Origin: an uncultured Clostridia bacterium
GTDB lineage: Bacteria > Bacillota > Clostridia > UBA1212
Length of the DNA: 64,000 bases
Direction: 5' to 3'
Assembly: GCA_947304585.1 (NCBI GenBank)
Contig: CAMZBI010000001.1
Coordinates: forward strand, 25,501 to 89,500
The notes beneath the pieces were generated by a model. That model was not told the origin of the DNA. It saw only the letters and a program-made list of their open reading frames with translations, and made no database searches. The first letter of the stretch is position 1. Each line of letters opens with the position of its first letter. Of this stretch, positions 52,202 through 58,782 are shown in pieces. The translations under genes and the position numbers were made by a program.

Positions 52202-53530
52202 GTGTTTAGAAGAAAAATCTATGATAAGCTTTTGGAGTGGAAAAAGGAATCACAGGGCAGAACTGCGTTGATGATTGAAGGGGCTGGGCGAGTTGGAAAA
52301 TCGACAGTAGCGGAAGAATTTGCGAAAAATGAATATGACAGTTTTATTCTTATAGACTTTTCAATTGCGCCGCAGGCTGTCAAGAACCTTTTCGATGATA
52401 TGTCGAATCTTGATTTCTTCTTTCTTCAACTTCAACTGCTATACCATGTCGACCTCGAAGAACACAGATCTATTATTATTTTTGACGAAGTGCAGTTCTT
52501 TCCAAAAGCCAGGCAGGCGATAAAGCATCTGGTCAAGGACCGAAGATACGATTATCTTGAGACGGGCTCTCTTATCTCGATAAAGAAAAACGTAAAAGAC
52601 ATTCTGATTCCAAGTGAGGAACAGAAAATCAAAATGTATCCGATGGACTATGAGGAATTCCTTTGGGCCATTGGCGATAATACGACGATTCCTCTGATCC
52701 GCCAATGCTTTGAATCGCGAAAGGCTGTGGGCGAACAGCTGAACCGGAGACTTATGCGCGATTTCAGGTTATATATGCTTGTCGGCGGTATGCCTCAGGC
52801 TGTAAATGAATACCTGGAAACGAATAATTTACGGAAAGTCGATCTTGTCAAGCGAACGATTTTGTCGCTTTACGAAGAGGATTTCAGGAAAATCGACCCA
52901 TCCGGAAGAGCTTCTATGATGTTCGATGCCATACCTGCGCAACTTTCGAAGAACGCATCAAGATATATGATAACAAGTGCTCTGCAAAAGAGAAAGACCG
53001 AAAAAACATCCGAAATGATAGCCGATATGGCAGATTCAGGGACCGTTTTGATTGCTTGTCATGCTGACGACCCGAACGTCGGCCTTTCGGCCACCGGAGA
53101 CTTTTCCTCTTTTAAGATGTTTGTATGTGATACCGGACTTTTCGTAACACTGATGTTCAAGGACCGTGATTTTACTGAAAATATCATATATGAAAAACTG
53201 CTTAACGACAAGATTGGAGCAAATCTTGGATATTTGTACGAGAATGCCGTGGCACAAACGCTTGCATCTAACGGAGACAGGTTGTTTTACTACACATTTT
53301 TCAACGAGTCATCCCGGCACAACTACGAGATCGATTTTCTCTTGGCACGCGGAAACAAGATTTGCCCTGTTGAAGTTAAATCGTCAGGATACAAGGCCCA
53401 TGTTTCTTTAGATAAGTTTTTTGAGAAGTACTCGTCGCGTATTCTTCAAAAATATCTTGTTTATACTAAAGATCTCGCCAAAGATACCGATACGCTTTGC
53501 GTGCCTGTTTATATGGCCCAATTCATGTAA
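52202..53530 (+). CDS. AAA+ ATPase (AAA_14 + DUF4143 family)
   Basis: Walker A GAGRVGKST; the widespread orphan ATPase family; GTG start after AGGAG; low GC. Confidence 0.75.
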   Translation: MFRRKIYDKLLEWKKESQGRTALMIEGAGRVGKSTVAEEFAKNEYDSFILIDFSIAPQAVKNLFDDMSNLDFFFLQLQLLYHVDLEEHRSIIIFDEVQFFPKARQAIKHLVKDRRYDYLETGSLISIKKNVKDILIPSEEQKIKMYPMDYEEFLWAIGDNTTIPLIRQCFESRKAVGEQLNRRLMRDFRLYMLVGGMPQAVNEYLETNNLRKVDLVKRTILSLYEEDFRKIDPSGRASMMFDAIPAQLSKNASRYMITSALQKRKTEKTSEMIADMADSGTVLIACHADDPNVGLSATGDFSSFKMFVCDTGLFVTLMFKDRDFTENIIYEKLLNDKIGANLGYLYENAVAQTLASNGDRLFYYTFFNESSRHNYEIDFLLARGNKICPVEVKSSGYKAHVSLDKFFEKYSSRILQKYLVYTKDLAKDTDTLCVPVYMAQFM

Positions 53531-53775
53531 GATTATTGCCAAGAAAACTAAAACGTCTACACACTCCACGAAAAAAGACTCCTTCGCGGGGTCTTTTTTC
53601 GTGGTGGAGCAAGTAAAGAAAGAGGCCCCCGAAAGTGCTTGCACTTTTGGGAGGAGGAGCCAAAACGGCGGAAATGGGGAGTCCTTCAAGGAAACGAAAA
53701 AACGAGAGTGGAATAATGACAAATAATAACGGTTTGTTGCCGACTGAGTGGTGAAGCTTCAGCAGGCATTTTTTA
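53531..53775 (+). repeat. copy G of the structured repeat, immediately downstream of the AAA ATPase gene
   Basis: CTAAAACGTCTACACAC; perfect 14-bp stem CCACGAAAAAAGAC/GTCTTTTTTCGTGG around the TTCGC loop; GAGGCCCCCGAAAGTGCTTGCACTTTTGGGAGGAGGAGCC; terminator. Confidence 0.7.
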
Positions 53776-54033
53776 CAAATTGAAAATAGGAGGATCTTAA
53801 AAAGAAATAAACAATTGAAAACGACATTTATTCAGAAAAGTACTGTTGCCCGCTCAAGTTCAATTGCTACGAAGGAGGCGTTGAAGAATGTTGAATGTGA
53901 GTTCAAAATGAAGTATCATTCCGGTGGATATTGTATGCATAAGAAGCAGAAAAAACCTAATGGTTTTTCATACCGGTCTGCGGTATAAAAAGCGGATGAG
54001 ATTCACATATTGTTGCGACATTTTGGAGGGAAC

Positions 54034-54384
54034 ATGAAAACAATAGTTATTGGGCTTGGCGGATTAGGATGCAGGGCTGTTTCACAAATATATGGGAAAC
54101 TTGATAAAAGAAAAGTTGAGGCATTTGGATTAGATGTCGATTGTGTTGATCTTGACCATATAATGAAAGGATCGACCGGACTCCCGTGTTTTTTCGTGAG
54201 TCCTATAAGAGATTTGAACTCGACGGATTTATCAGTATTAACATCAATATTAAACAATAAAGAATGGTTTCCGTTTGATCATATTCCTCCCATCTCACAT
54301 AATGTGGGAGGCAATAGAGCATTCGGAAGACTGTTTTTTGAATCATTCCTTCAACTGAAAAAAATGATTTCTTATCTCGCCTAG
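54034..54384 (+). CDS. tubulin/FtsZ (TubZ-like) GTPase, N-terminal part (T1 loop), separated from its continuation by an A7 homopolymer frameshift
   Basis: MKTIVIGLGGLGCRAV resembles the FtsZ/TubZ T1 glycine loop; frame-1 ORF stops at 54384. Confidence 0.45.
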   Translation: MKTIVIGLGGLGCRAVSQIYGKLDKRKVEAFGLDVDCVDLDHIMKGSTGLPCFFVSPIRDLNSTDLSVLTSILNNKEWFPFDHIPPISHNVGGNRAFGRLFFESFLQLKKMISYLA

Positions 54385-54422
54385 AGCAAGCGTATTACGA
54401 GGCTCAAGGACCTGTTAGAGTT

Positions 54423-56567
54423 GTGATTGTGACTTCTTTAGCAGGAGGCTTTGGCTCAGGGGTACTAATACCTTTATCATTGATGATAAGGGGACTGTCC
54501 GAGGCTTATAGTACCGGAAAAACAATAATAACAGGCGTTTTTATCTCTCCTGAATCCTTTATTTCTTTTTTATGGGACGATCTGTCGTTATATGAGAAAG
54601 ACGCTATGCGTGCGAATGCGTATGCAACTTTAAAAGAGTTGAATATGATTAACGAAATATGTATGTCAAAGTCACCGGCAAATGATGTATGGGATATGAA
54701 AATAATGGATCTGTTTGATAGCGACAAAGACAAGGGAAATAGAAGAAAAATCCCATTTGATGAAGTCTTATTTGTCAAATCTCAATACGCAAAAAACGAC
54801 CGGTGGGACTTCATTGATGAAGTGTCCAATTGCCTGTTGACCATTGTAACGTCTGGATTATATGCCTCTAAAAAGGATGCGAATTTAGCCCTAGTACCGT
54901 ACGGGATTTATGGTGACTATTCCGGAGTTTGTGGATACGTTGGCTCGTCGTGCATAACTTATCCTTACCGTTTTGTTGTGAAATACTGTTGCTGGCGCGC
55001 AACGATTCGTGAATTATCCGACGTGTGGACGTTAGTAGATCGAGAAATAAAAAACACAAAATGTGATCATAGCCCTGAAAGCGGTGACTCAAGAGACAAC
55101 AAGGAGAGCCTTGGAAAGCTGTTTGTTGCGACTGTTAACAGCATGCTTGAAGATGGCAACTCCAAACTTGGTTTTATTGCCAATGCAATTACAGATAGCT
55201 CTGAAGACGGAAGTCAGTTCGACAAGGTCGACGTATATTACGATCATGTGTATAATTTTGTCTTGGATAAAATTAGGAGTGACGAAGAAATCAAGACGAA
55301 ATCTGATGGAGCCGGTGTTACAGAGAAGCAGCTGAAGGACAATTTAGTGACCGGTGTAACCCGCTGCGAAACTGCTTTAAAGGATTATTTTTATACGATC
55401 GACAGCAGAATTGACCATATTCGCAGTTTGGTTGTTCCTGTCATCCCGGATGATTCAGGTTTTGTAATTATTCCTGACAGCAACTTGGACATCATGAAGC
55501 TTGTTACAAGTCATGGACACATTGTCCACCCGCTTGCAATGCGTATGCTTCTGTATAAGTTCAGAGCAAAAGTGGCTGAAGAGTATGAACGCAGCTCTTC
55601 GTTAACGGCATCTTATATTGAAGACATTAACTACTATTTTAAAAAAGCATACGACATCAAGGGAACAGAGAGAATTGAGCATGCGTACGATCGCGCTGAT
55701 CAGAAAGGGTTTTTCAAACAAAGAAAGTTCAGAGCAGAGTATTTGATTAAATCTGCAGATCAGAAGTCATTACTTGACAAATACCGTGATACAAAAGCTA
55801 TTGCAGTTGTTTTTGGTGATATCCTTGAGCGCCTTGATTATATTATTGATGTTTTTGAAAAGTTCTTTGATTCTTTGGATCATGTAGTAAAGGAATTACA
55901 ACGCGGTGTTGAGGATTTGGAAAAAAGTATAATGAAAACGGAGGGAAGCCTGTATCTGTCGAAACCCGAAATTGAAGAGATTTATGACTCCCTGGATATA
56001 AGTTCTTTTGAGTTTAACAATAGTGACATATTTGAAGTTATCTTTAATGAGTTATATATGAAGGCACTTCATCCCTATGAGTACAAACATTATGGAGACA
56101 ATTTTTTTGTGGAAAAGATTATTCCAATAATAGAGTCCAATTTTACTGAGGCGTTTTCCAATAAACTTAATCTGGATCTATTTGATGTGATGGAGAAAGT
56201 TGCTGAGGGAGACAGAGGTTTAGAAGAAAAAATGGTTGGTTCTGCCTGTCAACGAGCAACTCCTCCGGTAGCTTTTGCTCCGATCGATTTGTCGATATGC
56301 ATTGTAAACAACTCGTTATATGAGCACCTTGAAATGGATAATGCTTTGTCAGTATTCTCCCACCATTGTGGTGTTGATACGGCTGACTGCGTCAGTAATA
56401 AAGATGCGATATTTTTAAGAGAAAAAAGCGGATTGTCTTTTGCCGATATTATTCTTTCAGCGGAATTCACCAAGTGTGAAGAGGCGTATAAATTAGTGCT
56501 TGATAAATACAAAAAAAGCCCCCGGGGTAATTATTGTCCGCATATTGACAAGAGATGGTGCGTGTAA
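54423..56567 (+). CDS. tubulin/FtsZ (TubZ-like) GTPase, continuation (T4 loop onward) with about 570-aa C-terminal extension
   Basis: Frame-3 reading is already open from 54342 (…KNDFLSRLEQAYYEAQGPVRVVIVTSLAGGFGSGVLIPLSLMIRGL…); AGGFGSG matches the tubulin signature [SAG]GGTG[SA]G. One extra A in the run 54358-54364 fuses both parts into a protein of about 840 aa. Confidence 0.45.
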   Translation: MIVTSLAGGFGSGVLIPLSLMIRGLSEAYSTGKTIITGVFISPESFISFLWDDLSLYEKDAMRANAYATLKELNMINEICMSKSPANDVWDMKIMDLFDSDKDKGNRRKIPFDEVLFVKSQYAKNDRWDFIDEVSNCLLTIVTSGLYASKKDANLALVPYGIYGDYSGVCGYVGSSCITYPYRFVVKYCCWRATIRELSDVWTLVDREIKNTKCDHSPESGDSRDNKESLGKLFVATVNSMLEDGNSKLGFIANAITDSSEDGSQFDKVDVYYDHVYNFVLDKIRSDEEIKTKSDGAGVTEKQLKDNLVTGVTRCETALKDYFYTIDSRIDHIRSLVVPVIPDDSGFVIIPDSNLDIMKLVTSHGHIVHPLAMRMLLYKFRAKVAEEYERSSSLTASYIEDINYYFKKAYDIKGTERIEHAYDRADQKGFFKQRKFRAEYLIKSADQKSLLDKYRDTKAIAVVFGDILERLDYIIDVFEKFFDSLDHVVKELQRGVEDLEKSIMKTEGSLYLSKPEIEEIYDSLDISSFEFNNSDIFEVIFNELYMKALHPYEYKHYGDNFFVEKIIPIIESNFTEAFSNKLNLDLFDVMEKVAEGDRGLEEKMVGSACQRATPPVAFAPIDLSICIVNNSLYEHLEMDNALSVFSHHCGVDTADCVSNKDAIFLREKSGLSFADIILSAEFTKCEEAYKLVLDKYKKSPRGNYCPHIDKRWCV

Positions 56568-56723
56568 GTTGCATAACGATCCATTCAGTGAGAACGGCTA
56601 AGATTTGACTCCACGCAGACACACAAGAGCCGTCAAAGAAAAATGGACAGTATGGAAAAACTTTAGTGGCTTCGACAACAGCCCGGCGCTGTTTATCGCC
56701 AAGGAAAAGGGGGCATCAGGTCC

Positions 56724-57236
56724 GTGCAAAAAATGGACTTGCAACTATACATCCCGAAAAAAGAAGACGGCTGGTTCTATATAAAAATGATGACTGACCC
56801 GGAAACGATGGCTTACAATGCACCCTGGTTTCCGCCGGACGGATGTATTCCTGATCCGGAAGAGGAGTGGGAGAAGTTGCTCGCTTCGTGGATCGGCAAC
56901 GAGGACAAAAGGTTTTATGCCTTTTTAAAGCGCACCTCTGACGGCGCTTTTGTTGGCGACGTAAACTATCATTACAACCCCCGGCAGGATTGCTACGAAA
57001 TTGGCGTGGTGATTTTTGCCCCGGAGAGAGGCAAGGGCTATGCCAAGCAGGGTCTTCAGTTGCTCCTGGATCGAGCTTTCAGGGTTAACAGAATACCAAA
57101 GCTGCGCAATTCTTTCGAGACTGACCGCAATGCGGCGTACAGGGCACATAAGGCGGCAGGGTTCAAAGAGATAGGAATTGTAGACGGATGTTACCTTTTT
57201 GAAATAACAAGAGAGGATTATTTGGGTGAGGCTTGA
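56724..57236 (+). CDS. GNAT family N-acetyltransferase
   Basis: …GVVIFAPERGKGYAKQGLQLLL… acetyltransferase core. Confidence 0.7.
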   Translation: MQKMDLQLYIPKKEDGWFYIKMMTDPETMAYNAPWFPPDGCIPDPEEEWEKLLASWIGNEDKRFYAFLKRTSDGAFVGDVNYHYNPRQDCYEIGVVIFAPERGKGYAKQGLQLLLDRAFRVNRIPKLRNSFETDRNAAYRAHKAAGFKEIGIVDGCYLFEITREDYLGEA

Positions 57237-57459
57237 GGGAAAGCAAAGGGAACACCGGATCCGGATTCCCGGAGACGTTGCTTTTTATCTGATAAAGAAA
57301 TCAATCTTGACCGTGAGCCCGGAACAAAGTATCATATACGGGGGAATGGCATGCATGAGGATCAAGGAAAACGCCAATACTTTTCCGTGTCGGCACCCAC
57401 AGACAGAAAGGCGGATCGTAAATGAGAACCATGCGAATACGTAAAGCTTCTGCTTTTTT

Positions 57460-58479
57460 TTGATAATATTTTTGTTGCTGGCAGGTTGTTCGGGCAACGT
57501 TTCTCCTGTAGAATCGCCGACTGAAACAGCAGACATAACGCCGGAGGCTTCACCCACAACGGCCTCGCAATACTACACCCGCGTCGGCAATTGCATCTAT
57601 TTGGGCAGGTATCCTCAAACCGAAGTCACGGACGAGGAGCTCAAAGCTGCCCTGACAAATTCCGCCGGAGACACAAGCACCTGGACTTCCTATGACTATT
57701 TCATTGAAGGCACAGCCTCTGACTTCATGGTCTATAAAGACGTTAGCTTTGGCGGAGAAAAGTACAGGGGGGTATATTTTTCAAAATACAGACCCTGGTT
57801 TATCACACAAAGCTCCGTGGAGGAAAAATCTTATCAGGACGACAACGGCTACTATCCCGACACGGTTTATTGGTTCAAATATGATCCCATCAAATGGAGA
57901 ATACTGTCGAAATCAAACGGCAGCGCACTCCTTTTGGCAGACATGCTGCTTGACTGTCCGAATTTTCCCGAATATCCGCTGGATGAACAAAGCGATTTTT
58001 TCCTTAACAACTACGAAATGTCTCACATAAGGACCTGGTTAAATGATTCGTTCTTAAAGACTGCGTTTACAGACGATGAAAAAGGAATTATCAAAAAATC
58101 ATTTGTTGACAACAGTGCATCAACAACATTTATTGTACATGGTTCCGGCATCAACCAAAGCAGGTATATCTGCGACGACACTTACAACAGGCTGTTCCTG
58201 CTGAGCTACATGGAAGCCATCGATAGCAGGCTTGGATTTATAGGCAGTTCACGAGATGACCCATACAGGGAAGGCGTTCCAACGGCCTATGCAATGTCGC
58301 AGGGCGCTCGGGTTGACGTTAATACTGCCGCAGGCAGCTGGTGGTTGCGGTCGCCCGGCTGGTATTCTTATGAAACCTACTTCGTTTCCGGTAAAGGCAG
58401 AATAGATAACAGAAGCACAAGCGTCAATTATACTTGCATTTGCGTGAGGCCTGCTTTGCAGCTGAGTTTGAACGGCTGA
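57460..58479 (+). CDS. surface lipoprotein with DUF1566/Fib_succ_major-like C-terminal motif
   Basis: Lipobox LLLAGCSG at a TTG start; C-terminal …SWWLRSPGWYS…CVRPALQL…. The better signal peptide (MRTMRIRKASAFF…) sits in another frame across a T8 run. Confidence 0.5.
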   Translation: MIIFLLLAGCSGNVSPVESPTETADITPEASPTTASQYYTRVGNCIYLGRYPQTEVTDEELKAALTNSAGDTSTWTSYDYFIEGTASDFMVYKDVSFGGEKYRGVYFSKYRPWFITQSSVEEKSYQDDNGYYPDTVYWFKYDPIKWRILSKSNGSALLLADMLLDCPNFPEYPLDEQSDFFLNNYEMSHIRTWLNDSFLKTAFTDDEKGIIKKSFVDNSASTTFIVHGSGINQSRYICDDTYNRLFLLSYMEAIDSRLGFIGSSRDDPYREGVPTAYAMSQGARVDVNTAAGSWWLRSPGWYSYETYFVSGKGRIDNRSTSVNYTCICVRPALQLSLNG

Positions 58480-58558
58480 ACGGCTGAATGGCGCCGCTGC
58501 GCCTGCCCGATGACCATTGTCTCTGCGGCAGGATGCGACAATACGCTCCGTCCAACGA

Positions 58559-58593
58559 CCCCGAAAAACACCGTTGTTTTCGGGGTTTTGTTG
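58559..58593 (+). terminator. intrinsic terminator after the lipoprotein gene
   Basis: CCCCGAAAAACA-ccgt-TGTTTTCGGGG followed by TTTTGTTG. Confidence 0.6.
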
Positions 58594-58782
58594 TATTGGT
58601 TGTATTGTTTGCGGATTTCCAAGATTGAAATCGGGTGAGGAATGAAGTATCATTTTAGCGACGACCGGTTATTTGTGCGGCGAGGTGTCCGCTGATATAT
58701 TTGCGCAACAGTTTTGAATAACGGCAGCGGTCCGGAAGAGCGCTGAAAACGCAAAAACTGAACTTGATGAAAGGATACAGAC

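Noticed and set aside
53873-53985. Small ORFs upstream of the TubZ-like gene: MLNVSSK after AGGAGG, and a 26-aa MKYHSGGYCMHKKQKKPNGFSYRSAV.
   Set aside because: Too short to assess without conservation. The second lacks an RBS. Noted only because it overlaps the AATGAAGTATCATT palindrome.
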